Origin: Verrucomicrobiia bacterium
GTDB lineage: Bacteria; Verrucomicrobiota; Verrucomicrobiia; Limisphaerales; UBA8199
Assembly (NCBI GenBank): GCA_035651635.1
Contig: DASRFK010000152.1
Location: 19,505 to 83,504 of the forward strand
Direction: 5' to 3'
DNA length: 64,000 nt
This document shows, piece after piece, positions 36,266 to 44,534 of this stretch. Position 1 is the stretch's first letter, and every line of letters begins with the position of its first letter. The translations under genes were made by a program, and so were the position numbers. The notes beneath the pieces were generated by a model. That model saw nothing but the letters and a program-made list of their open reading frames with translations, had not been told where the DNA came from and ran no database searches.

Positions 36266-38143
36266 TCAGAAAGCGAAGCAGTCGCAGCCCGATCCGAAGA
36301 AGCCGGCATAGCGATTGCGAGCGGCCTCGATGCCCGCGAGAAGTTGATGGCCCGCATGGACGCAGCCATGATGATGGCATTTGGCATCGTGCTGATGCTG
36401 CGGCATCGGTACACCTGCTCGCGCAGCCTTGCGAACGTCCAACGGCGCGCCGTAACCGCCGAACACCTTCACCGGCGACCATTCCGGCAAAACCGGAATT
36501 GGGGGTGGCGTGTGCGAAGCGAATTCCTCGGTCGCGTGAACGATCTTTCCATCAACAATCGTAAGCACGGACTCAATGCTCTTGATCTGCTCCTCGGGCA
36601 CTGACAGATAGTCGTCAGTGAGCACAACCAGGTCCGCCAATTGCCCCGGAGCAAGCGCGCCTTTCTTGCCGCTTTCGCCGGAAAACCAACTGCTGCCTTT
36701 GGTGTAAAGCATCAACGCTTCTTCCCGGCTCAGACAATTTGCCTCGGAATAGAGCGCAGCGCCGCCAACGGTTTTCCCGGCCACGAGCCAGAACAGGGAA
36801 AGCCAGGGGTTGTAGCTGGCCACGCGTGTTGCATCTGTGCCCGCCCCCACGGGAATGCCCAAATCGAGCATTCTCCGAACTGGCGGCGTCCGTTCCGCAG
36901 CCTTACTGCCATAGCGATCCAGAAAGTACTCTCCTTGGAAGGCCATGCGGTCCTGGATCGCAATCCCGCCTCCCAACGCTTTGACTCGTTCGAGGCTGCG
37001 GTCCGAGATGGTTTCGCAATGATCGAAGAACCAATTGGTTCCTTTGAAAGGGATTTCACGATTGACCTCCTCGAACACGTTTAACATCCGGGAGATGCTT
37101 TCGTCATAGGTGGCGTGAATACGGAACGGCCATCTATTTGTAGCCAAGAGCGAAACGACCTCCTTCAAGTCCTTTTCCAGGTTGGACGGAAGGTCGGGCC
37201 GGGGTTCCAGGAAATCCTCGAAATCTGCCGCCGAATAAACCAGCATTTCTCCCGCCCCATTGCAGCGATAGAAATCGTCGCCCTTGCCCGGCTTCGTCAG
37301 TTTCATGCAACGCAGGAAATCATCCTTCTCCTGGTTGGGTTTTTGCGTGAAAATATTATAAGCCATGCGAACGGTCATCTCTCCTCGCTCGTGCAGTTCT
37401 TCGATGATCGCATAGTCGTCCGGGTAGATTTGAGAGCCGCCGCCCGCGTCCACCAAGCTGGTGAGGCCAAGGCGGTTGAGCTCGCGCATGAAATGGCGGG
37501 AAGAGTTCATCTGCTGTTCAGGCGGCAGCTTGGGTTGCTTGCCGACGGTAGCGTAAAGAATTCCGGCATTGGGGCGGGCGATGAGGAGTCCGGTGGGGTT
37601 GCCTTTTCCGTCGCGCTGGATTTCACCCGCCGGTGGATTGGGAGTGTCTTTGGTGTAGCCGCAGGCCCGCAGCGCGGCTTTGTTCAACATGCCGCGGCAA
37701 TACAAGTGCAGGATGAAGACAGGCGTTTCGGGGGAGACGGCGTTGATTTCATCAAGCGTGGGCATACGCCGTTCGGCGAATTGGAACTCGCTCCAACCGC
37801 CGATGACGCGGACCCATTGGCCGGGCGGTGTCCGCTGCGCCTGCTCTTTGAGCATGCGCAAACCGTCCGCGAGGGAGGGAACACCGTCCCAGCGAAGCTC
37901 GAGGTTGTAGCTAAGGCCCCCGCGGATGATATGCATGTGGGAATCGTTGAGTCCGGGAATCACGCGCCGACCTTGTAAATCGATGACCTTCGTGTTCGGT
38001 CCTCGTTGATATTCCTCAGCGTCGTCCACGCCAACGATACGTCCGTCTTTGATGGCAAGATTACTTGCTTCGCGGTTTTTCGCATCTAGCGTGGTGATGC
38101 GTCCGTTGCGGAGTATGAGATCGGGAACAAGTGATGTATTCAT
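36266..38143 (-). CDS. metal-dependent amidohydrolase (Amidohydro_3/YtcJ-like) with Cys/His-rich C-terminal tail
   Basis: Start MNTSLVPDLILRNGRITTLD (ATGA overlap with the upstream gene). PGLNDSHMHIIRGG, IHATYDESI, GAGTDATRV. Tail HQHDAKCHHHGCVHAGH..GSGCDCFAF. Confidence 0.8.
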   Translation of the reverse strand: MNTSLVPDLILRNGRITTLDAKNREASNLAIKDGRIVGVDDAEEYQRGPNTKVIDLQGRRVIPGLNDSHMHIIRGGLSYNLELRWDGVPSLADGLRMLKEQAQRTPPGQWVRVIGGWSEFQFAERRMPTLDEINAVSPETPVFILHLYCRGMLNKAALRACGYTKDTPNPPAGEIQRDGKGNPTGLLIARPNAGILYATVGKQPKLPPEQQMNSSRHFMRELNRLGLTSLVDAGGGSQIYPDDYAIIEELHERGEMTVRMAYNIFTQKPNQEKDDFLRCMKLTKPGKGDDFYRCNGAGEMLVYSAADFEDFLEPRPDLPSNLEKDLKEVVSLLATNRWPFRIHATYDESISRMLNVFEEVNREIPFKGTNWFFDHCETISDRSLERVKALGGGIAIQDRMAFQGEYFLDRYGSKAAERTPPVRRMLDLGIPVGAGTDATRVASYNPWLSLFWLVAGKTVGGAALYSEANCLSREEALMLYTKGSSWFSGESGKKGALAPGQLADLVVLTDDYLSVPEEQIKSIESVLTIVDGKIVHATEEFASHTPPPIPVLPEWSPVKVFGGYGAPLDVRKAARAGVPMPQHQHDAKCHHHGCVHAGHQLLAGIEAARNRYAGFFGSGCDCFAF

Positions 38144-38709
38144 ATAGATGTCCTTTCTTTTTCGGAATGTAACCAACCTTGGAGGGCTCTCGTGATAAGT
38201 GGCATGACGACCCACGTCAGGAGCGCCACCACGAAGGCGTTGAAGACAATGTTGTTCAGGAGAAAATTCCAATTGTGAAGCAAGCGACCGAGCGTCAATG
38301 CCAGGAGCATGACCACTGGAACTACTCCGAGGTAAGTTGCGATTGCCATTTTCCACCGGGGTGGAGGCGCATGGTTGTTCTGGCGAAAGAACGCTTCGAG
38401 GCCGTGGAGTTCGCGAGCCTCAGGCTCGCCGTCCGAGAGCGGGGCCACTCGCTTTTTCCAGTCGAGGTATAATGGCGAAGCATAGAAGGCATCCCGCTCA
38501 GCCGCATTGGCAAACGAGCGAAGGATTCCATATTCCGTCGAGCTTGAGCCAGGTGGCGGAACCAGCATGGCCGCGCCCTGCACGCCACGGCGAGTCAGGG
38601 AGTGGGCAAAAAATTCCTTTAACGCGGCTTGGAACTCCTGCTCGTAGCCAGGCTTGATACGCCGGGTTATGGCAACGTGAATGGGTTGTGGACCAGCGCT
38701 CGCAATCAT
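38140..38709 (-). CDS. ABM-like (antibiotic biosynthesis monooxygenase fold) domain fused to two C-terminal TM helices
   Basis: Start MIASAGPQPIHVAITRRIKPGYEQEFQ. ..PPPRWKMAIATYLGVVPVV... Paralog at 50780..51301. Confidence 0.6.
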   Translation of the reverse strand: MIASAGPQPIHVAITRRIKPGYEQEFQAALKEFFAHSLTRRGVQGAAMLVPPPGSSSTEYGILRSFANAAERDAFYASPLYLDWKKRVAPLSDGEPEARELHGLEAFFRQNNHAPPPRWKMAIATYLGVVPVVMLLALTLGRLLHNWNFLLNNIVFNAFVVALLTWVVMPLITRALQGWLHSEKERTSI

Positions 38710-38711
38710 AT

Positions 38712-40115
38712 TCAGAACAGAAAACTGATTGTTGCTGAGACGTAATCGACGTCCTTGCCGCCGGCTTCGTGAACATAGGTCCCGGTGAGGAAATGGACGT
38801 AAGAGGCCTGGACAGTAATATGGCGTTGAAGCTGCCACGTTACGTTCGCGTCCAGGGCTGTGCCGACATAACTAGGCGAGTCGCTCCGCGCCGGGATCGC
38901 CACGAACCCAGGCACCCCATAAACCGCATCGTGTCGGGAATACCTCCAAAACCAGTTAGCGCCTCCGTCAATCGTCAGGGTCTTGGTCGGCTTAACGCTG
39001 AGGTTCGGATGGACGCCAATAATGTTCTGTGGTCGGATGAGGCTGGCGTCGTTGAAATACCCCGATTTGAAGTAGAGCGCGTCGAAAGTTTCCAGTTGTC
39101 CATCCTTTTGGTCATGGTCGCCGCTGGTGATTCCCGTCTTGAGCCCTAGTCTTGGCTGCCAGGTTGCATCGAACGTGTAACCACCATCAATTGCCGCTGT
39201 CCACGCCAGAATCGAATCACGTCCGAAGCTTCCCACCTGCAGGACTTGCTCCGCGTCCCAATCCCAATGATGCCAGGCGCCGAACTCTCGTGCGCCAAAC
39301 GAATGCCTAAGTTCGTCCCCCGAACCGGAGGCGTAAGTGGCATGTTCGTTGCGAATGCCGAAGTAGTAGAGATCCAAACCCGCGCTGTGCGGGGCGTCAA
39401 AGTAATGCGTAGCGTAAAGCCCCCAAAACGTGGTTGAATGATCCTCCGCGTCAATATGGCCCGAATCCTTAACGGGCCGCGTCAGAAAAGCGGTGAAATT
39501 CCAAAATGGCCGCGAGTAAAGCGCCTCAAGTCCGTCAAATCGGAATGGAATGTTTGGAGCGGAGCGTGTTGCAACGAGTCGTCCTGCGCCGAAACTCATG
39601 CCGAAGCGTCCCACCCGCAACGTAAGACGCTCGTCGTCCGTCAGGTAGGGGACGACATCAACAAACGCGAACTGCAGATCGATGGGGTTCTGCTGAACGG
39701 GGGGAGGTGGATGGGACTCGCCTGCAACGATCCCGGAGATACCCTCGGCGAAGAAGCGGACTCGCTCCCCTAAATGCACATCGGTCAGCAGCGTGACGCG
39801 TTGCAACAAATAGGAGTCGGGGCCCAAGCCATGGATTCCAAAATTAGGATCGTAATTACCCTCGAAGCGTTCCCGTAACTCACCCCCAAGGCTCACATAC
39901 CATAAAGGGTCGTCCTCTCGAAGAGGGATATATTTGGCGAGGTCAAACCAATCCGAGCGGTTGGCCGGGTTCGTCAAACAGGAATAATCCTCGTCAAATC
40001 GCACCATTTTGTAAGTAGGGGATTGCAAGGGAATTTCCGCGCCCGGCTTCAATTCCTGAGCCGATAGAACCACCGGCATCACGGCGAATACGGAAATGAG
40101 CAGGGCGGGACGCAT
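38712..40115 (-). CDS. alginate-export-family (AlgE-like) outer-membrane beta-barrel porin
   Basis: 467 aa. Signal peptide, SLGGELRERFEGNYD, alternating aromatic/hydrophilic strands, C-terminal ..ATISFLF. Confidence 0.7.
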   Translation of the reverse strand: MRPALLISVFAVMPVVLSAQELKPGAEIPLQSPTYKMVRFDEDYSCLTNPANRSDWFDLAKYIPLREDDPLWYVSLGGELRERFEGNYDPNFGIHGLGPDSYLLQRVTLLTDVHLGERVRFFAEGISGIVAGESHPPPPVQQNPIDLQFAFVDVVPYLTDDERLTLRVGRFGMSFGAGRLVATRSAPNIPFRFDGLEALYSRPFWNFTAFLTRPVKDSGHIDAEDHSTTFWGLYATHYFDAPHSAGLDLYYFGIRNEHATYASGSGDELRHSFGAREFGAWHHWDWDAEQVLQVGSFGRDSILAWTAAIDGGYTFDATWQPRLGLKTGITSGDHDQKDGQLETFDALYFKSGYFNDASLIRPQNIIGVHPNLSVKPTKTLTIDGGANWFWRYSRHDAVYGVPGFVAIPARSDSPSYVGTALDANVTWQLQRHITVQASYVHFLTGTYVHEAGGKDVDYVSATISFLF

Positions 40116-40118
40116 CGT

Positions 40119-40850
40119 TCATTTTGCGAGAGATGCGAAAGGGGTTGTGTCCCTTTTCTGCAGTTCTACGGTTGCCGAATCAATGCCTTGGCCCACCTGC
40201 TTCACGGCCTCATCGAAAAAGGACGGTCCAGCTTCAATCACCACTGATTCGATGCTGAATTTTGGGGCAAGGCCCTGCGCCTGGAGACGTTTCTCGGTGT
40301 CGTAGGCTTCAAGCATCTCCTCGGCAAAGGCGCGATCGCCCTCTCCCACATCAATCGCAGTGTTGCCTTCGTCCCGGATGACCGGTGCCCAGGCAACGTG
40401 CTTTGCTTTGAGCCGGACGGCTTCGCGTGCCGCAATGCGTCCGACGATTCGCAGCGTGTCGAGCGACAAGTCATTTTCCTCGCCCAGGCCAATCACCATG
40501 AACTGCCTCGCGGGGATTGAACCCTTGGGAGGGTTCAATAGGAATGTTTCGCCCGTTTCACCTGCAAACTCTCCGCGATTGCGCAACGAGGAGAGAATGC
40601 CGCCAAGCTTTTCGTCCGTTTCCTTGGCAGCGCCCTGGTAGGTGTCGCCGGTCTGTTTATGTTTGAAAAGGCAGATGATTTGGAGGTCTGTTGGCTCCAT
40701 ATATGGGCCGACCATTTTGATGGAAAGCGTGATGCCAAGTGGTTTGGCGGGAAAAACGTTTTCCTTTGGCGTGGTCGTGGTGTCGGCAGCCGAGGCGTTG
40801 ATCACCAGTCCGGCGCAGACGACGCTGAAAAAATGAAATTTGTTTTTCAT
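40119..40850 (-). CDS. secreted protein of unknown function (possible peptidase-M17 N-terminal-like fold)
   Basis: 243 aa. Signal peptide MKNKFHFFSVVCAGLVINASA. FMVIGLGEENDLSLDTLRIVGRIAAREAVRLKAKHVAWAP loosely recalls the LAP N-terminal domain. Confidence 0.3.
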   Translation of the reverse strand: MKNKFHFFSVVCAGLVINASAADTTTTPKENVFPAKPLGITLSIKMVGPYMEPTDLQIICLFKHKQTGDTYQGAAKETDEKLGGILSSLRNRGEFAGETGETFLLNPPKGSIPARQFMVIGLGEENDLSLDTLRIVGRIAAREAVRLKAKHVAWAPVIRDEGNTAIDVGEGDRAFAEEMLEAYDTEKRLQAQGLAPKFSIESVVIEAGPSFFDEAVKQVGQGIDSATVELQKRDTTPFASLAK

Positions 40851-40917
40851 ACGAAAAATGAAAGCAACAGGAGTTACGAAGACTTAACTCCGTTAACTCC
40901 TGTTTAACTTGGTGGTT

Positions 40918-41640
40918 TCAGTGAGCGGCGACAGGAGTCATGCCGCGATTCGAAGTGTGTCCGTCGCCGGTAACTTTCTTTGGCACGATCTGTGGCTTTT
41001 GAGCGGTTTGGGGTGCGTGGTGGACCATCGTATAGGCGTATTCAACGCCAACGCCGTAAGCGCCCGCTTGGGGTCGGAGGAGTTTCATAAGCGCGTCGTA
41101 ATGCTCCTTGTTCTTCCAATCGCGCTGCCATTCAAGTAAGGCGCCAATCGTGGTCAACCGCACTGCGCCGGCTTGCACCATGCGCGAAAGGGCCGCCTCT
41201 TGTGCGTCAGGTGAAGTCGCACCACAGCAATCCTGAACGACATAAACGTTATAACCTGCTCCGAGCATTTCGATCGTAGGCCAGGTGACGCAAACCTCGG
41301 TCCAGAGGCCGGTCATGATGATGTTCTTGCGCCCGGTGGCCTCGATGGCTTTGCGGAACTCCATTGAGTCCCACGAGTTCATCGAGCTGCGTTCAATCAC
41401 AGGTTGGCCCGGAAAAATGTCCAACAACTGCGGCCAGACATAACCGCTGAAGGATTCGGTCTCCACAGAAGTGAGCACTGTGGGCACCTTGAATTCCTTG
41501 GCGACTTTAGCCAACAAGGTTACGTTGTTGATCATCGTGGCGCGATCTGCGTTGGCAACGCCGAAGAGCATCTGCGGCTGAAAGTCGATGAATACAATTG
41601 CAGAATCTTCGGGCGTGTAGGGTCTGTGGTATTGATTCAT
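40918..41640 (-). CDS. isochorismatase-family hydrolase (full-length paralog of 281..784)
   Basis: 240 aa. IVFIDFQPQM, IIMTGLWTEVCVTWPTIEMLGAGYNVYVVQDCCGA. Confidence 0.85.
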   Translation of the reverse strand: MNQYHRPYTPEDSAIVFIDFQPQMLFGVANADRATMINNVTLLAKVAKEFKVPTVLTSVETESFSGYVWPQLLDIFPGQPVIERSSMNSWDSMEFRKAIEATGRKNIIMTGLWTEVCVTWPTIEMLGAGYNVYVVQDCCGATSPDAQEAALSRMVQAGAVRLTTIGALLEWQRDWKNKEHYDALMKLLRPQAGAYGVGVEYAYTMVHHAPQTAQKPQIVPKKVTGDGHTSNRGMTPVAAH

Positions 41641-41641
41641 A

Positions 41642-41833
41642 TTACGTTTCCTTTCTTTTTGTTTTTATTTGTTTGAATGTTAGTTGAGGTCGAACAACAG
41701 AAAATGCGCGTCCCTTTCGGACGCAAAATGAGGCTTCCTTTACTTCATCGGTTGACACTCCGTCGCCGGGGGAAAGCTTTTCGCCATTCACGTCCAAATC
41801 TCCTTCGATGAGTTGAATCCATGCGTGTTCCAT
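41642..41833 (-). pseudogene. pirin-family C-terminal stub
   Basis: MEHAWIQLIEGDLDVNGEKLSPGDGVSTDEV matches the pirin/YhhW C-terminal pattern (R.AW.Q...G...vNG..L..GDG). The ORF-track N-terminus (41834..41884) is a translation of the conserved promoter-cassette leader, so it is unlikely to be coding. Confidence 0.4.
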
Positions 41834-41888
41834 TGTTTTACTGAGGCTTGTCGGCAATTCTCCAACGCCCCTAGGTCTGATCACCGAA

Positions 41889-42016
41889 TGCTAGAGCCAT
41901 GCCACAGCGTGGAATGGCCGCAATTAGCGCGATTCACCCAGAAAGCCTCGTGCCTGAGAGGTTTTTTACGAACCATTAACTCGCGACTCTTCAAGAATTC
42001 GCGAAGTTTCACGAAA
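41889..42016 (-). promoter_or_regulatory. type I sigma-54 promoter cassette (upstream TCGCGA boxes + -24/-12) facing the isochorismatase-porin-amidohydrolase operon
   Basis: Minus-strand TGGCATggctcTAGCA at 41889..41904 (GG-N10-GC). TCGCGA/TCACGA boxes at 41981..42014, ~90 bp upstream. The whole segment is colinear with the cassettes at 42923.., 61561.. and 62651... Confidence 0.7.
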
Positions 42017-42086
42017 TTGGGGGCGGTCATGCCGCGTGCTTTCAACTCCGGCAGCGTCGCTTGCAGGGTTGGTGCTGTGGGCAAGT

Positions 42087-42102
42087 TGGTACAACTCTAG
42101 CG
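42087..42102 (+). promoter_or_regulatory. sigma-54-like promoter facing the opposite way from the same upstream boxes
   Basis: TGGTACaactcTAGCG; 15 of 17 identical to the cassette promoter TTGGCACAACTCTAGCA at 62651..62666. GG-N10-GC is preserved, but the -24 C is changed to T. Confidence 0.45.
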
Positions 42103-42117
42103 AGGGGATGGTCTATT

Positions 42118-42873
42118 ATGAGCACTTCATCTAATGGTATTGATCAGCCACCTGAAATGCGTGATAACGATTTTTTCACAGACATCCCGAGTGGTCACAA
42201 GTTGCCCTTGGGTTGGGTAGAGTGCGCTTGGCAGCCCGAGGTCACCACCAAACAGCAAGCGCTCTGCAACGAACCAGGCCGCCTCGTGGCGACAAACGGA
42301 GGAACCCCTGCGATGGCCTACAAGAAAGGATTTACTCGTCGGCGTGGAACCATGAAGGCGATTATTTTCTACGACGATGTCGCCTCCGCAGCCAGAGCGG
42401 TCGTTATACTACGCCGTTGCATGTCTTTGGCCAGAGGCGGTGCCCGATGGGATATCAAGCCATGGTGTGTCGGGGTTCTGAAATTGCCCTTGGCCGCCGA
42501 CGAGGCGCTTATTGAATCGATTGATGCCGACGTAATCGTGTTTGCAGCTCTTCGTGCGCCTACACTCCCCAAATCTCTCAAGGAATGGCTGCAATGGTGG
42601 AATCTTCGCCGTCAGTCAAGGGAACCGGCCGTTGTGATTACTCGCGCATATTATGATGCCAGGCGCAGCGGATTTGATCATGAATTGCTGAGTTTTGCCG
42701 CACAAAATGAGCTGGACTTGATCGTTGAAGCGAACCCGCCAGTTGGGGATCGTCTGGCCGATGAGCTCGTCCAACCCAAAATGTCGCTTCCGCAGGCCGC
42801 CATGGATGAAGCAACGATGGGTGCGGCCGTTACGCCCCATTATTCATATCGAAATTGGGGCATTAACGAGTGA
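42118..42873 (+). CDS. hypothetical protein
   Basis: ORF with GAGGGGA 9 nt before the ATG at 42118. Alternative start MKAIIFYDDVASAARAV at 42352. I recognise no domain. Confidence 0.5.
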   Translation: MSTSSNGIDQPPEMRDNDFFTDIPSGHKLPLGWVECAWQPEVTTKQQALCNEPGRLVATNGGTPAMAYKKGFTRRRGTMKAIIFYDDVASAARAVVILRRCMSLARGGARWDIKPWCVGVLKLPLAADEALIESIDADVIVFAALRAPTLPKSLKEWLQWWNLRRQSREPAVVITRAYYDARRSGFDHELLSFAAQNELDLIVEANPPVGDRLADELVQPKMSLPQAAMDEATMGAAVTPHYSYRNWGINE

Positions 42874-42922
42874 CGTTTCACGACCTCCTTAGGAATTCTG
42901 TGTGAGGGGATTCGCTAGGAAC

Positions 42923-43049
42923 TTTTTCGCGAAAGTCGCGAATTCTCGAAGGTTCGAGAGTGATCTCGCCAACGTTCGTTTCAGGCATTGGGCGTTTTTG
43001 GCTGAATTTAGCCGATTTCCTGCAACTCCATGTTGGCACAGCTCTAGCA
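42923..43049 (+). promoter_or_regulatory. type I sigma-54 promoter cassette
   Basis: TTTTTCGCGAAAGTCGCGAATTCTCGAAGG at 42923..42952. TGGCACagctcTAGCA at 43034..43049. The conserved leader CCCAGAGGCGTTGGGAGAGTTCAACAGGCCTTAAAGAAG follows. Confidence 0.75.
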
Positions 43050-43146
43050 TTAGGGAGCTGCACCCAGAGGCGTTGGGAGAGTTCAACAGGCCTTAAAGAA
43101 GTGAAAAGACGAGCACCAAAACTCGGGCACCGCGACCGGTACCAAA

Positions 43147-43353
43147 ATGAAAATGGCAAAAGTGCTCCTGGTTTGCTTGGAAATAGTAGCCGCGTTTGTT
43201 ACGCCGCTAGATGTTCGAGGCGACGATCTGCTGTTGCAGTCGCTAAGTCCTTGCGGTTGGTTTATCAAAGCCAACCACCTGCGGTCCTGCTCTGGCAACC
43301 AAATTGCCGAAAAAAGTCGATTTGCTAACCCGGCCACAAAAGCAGCGAAATGA
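43147..43353 (+). CDS. small hypothetical protein (68 aa)
   Basis: First ORF after the cassette leader. Its TGA overlaps the ATG of the next gene (ATGA), which suggests translational coupling. Confidence 0.4.
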   Translation: MKMAKVLLVCLEIVAAFVTPLDVRGDDLLLQSLSPCGWFIKANHLRSCSGNQIAEKSRFANPATKAAK

Positions 43354-43658
43354 AAGGGATCACTAAGACCACAATGCGAACAAAAATCGTAAAAACTGCA
43401 ACGATAATTGATCTGGATGGGGGCGCCCAACTCGAATTAAGAAGGCGTATTGAACAACGCGCCTACGATCTCTGGGTCGAAGGCGGTCGGCCCGATGGCT
43501 TGGCACTAAGCCATTGGCTTCAAGCTGAGCGGGAGCTCTCTGCCCAGGCAGCTCCTTCCGCTACACGGGAGAGTCCGCGCGCTAATGGTGCAACGAAGGC
43601 AAAAATTAATACCAAGCCGTCCGCGAATTCTCTCCTGGAGCAGGGACCCGCCATTTGA
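43350..43658 (+). CDS. DUF2934-family protein
   Basis: RRRIEQRAYDLWVEGGRPDGLALSHWLQAEREL is the DUF2934 signature. Confidence 0.75.
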   Translation: MKGITKTTMRTKIVKTATIIDLDGGAQLELRRRIEQRAYDLWVEGGRPDGLALSHWLQAERELSAQAAPSATRESPRANGATKAKINTKPSANSLLEQGPAI

Positions 43659-43739
43659 TCGAAAAGCGCCAAAGCTCCTGGATCGAGGCCCACATCAGAA
43701 TTGTTCCAGAACCAATTATGGTTCCGGGCATGTGATTGG

Positions 43740-44000
43740 ATGTTAAAAATCACGCTAACCATTCAGGGAGACTATGCCGTTTTCCTTTTGAGTGGTCGGA
43801 TTGAAGACAACAATATATCCGACTTAGAAAGCCTGATAAGGGCTGAAAAACGGCGAGTCGCCCTGGACTTGGCAGAAGTGACCATTGCGGGGCGGTCTGG
43901 GGTCCGATTCCTGGCGCAATGCGAGGAATCGGGCATAAGAATCCAAAACTGCCCGGCTTACATTCGCGAGTGGATTTCTCGAGAACGGGGTGCTTCGTGA
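43740..44000 (+). CDS. small STAS-like (anti-sigma-antagonist-fold) protein
   Basis: MLKITLTIQGDYAVFLLSGRIEDNNISDLESLI..RVALDLAEVTIAGRSGVRFLAQCEESGIRIQNCPAYIREWI. The assignment is by pattern only. Confidence 0.4.
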   Translation: MLKITLTIQGDYAVFLLSGRIEDNNISDLESLIRAEKRRVALDLAEVTIAGRSGVRFLAQCEESGIRIQNCPAYIREWISRERGAS

Positions 44001-44534
44001 GCCCTGAAATCTCGACCAACATCTGAACTTCTTGGGCGAGTAATCTGACATGGGCAGTTAAATAGCGGCCTCCACGGGCTGGTCATTTCGATTCGTTTGG
44101 GCCACCAATTTTCGCATCCTCCAGAAATCCTCGACAAAACGTCAATGCGGTATGAATGTGTACCCTGATCCCCTACCGGCAAACGCTGCCACGCACCTAA
44201 TGTGACAGGTCGCAGGTCTTCTCGCCAGCCGCCGCTATCCACCTGAACCAGGTTCCTTAAACTGGGATAAAAGCCTGAAGAGGAATCCCATTTTCTCTTG
44301 ACCATTTTTCGGCTGAATTCTGGCAGTTAGATCTAGATCGCTTTTCCTCATGCCCGAGCATTGGCCTATTTTATTAAAAATATCGCACTACTGAGGTGAC
44401 AAGAGAGGACACGAATGAAAGAAACAGCGCGCCCTTCAGGGTGATGGTTACGGGCTGTCGCTCGAAGGTGCGTCGGCAGCCGATCTGATCGGCCGCTGCC
44501 GGAAAGCAAAAAACTGAATATTTGATGAAAAGGA

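Noticed and set aside
44283-44330. TTTTTCGGCTGAATTCTGGCAGTTAGATCTAGATCGC upstream of the EBP gene. It resembles the spacer part of the type I cassette (TTTTTCAGGCTGATATGGCAGATTTT...CTAGCATCAGCG).
   Set aside because: It looks like a decayed cassette piece. The -24 TGGCAC element and the GC of the -12 element are missing, and no TCGCGA boxes lie upstream. I do not call it a promoter, and any autoregulation remains speculative.
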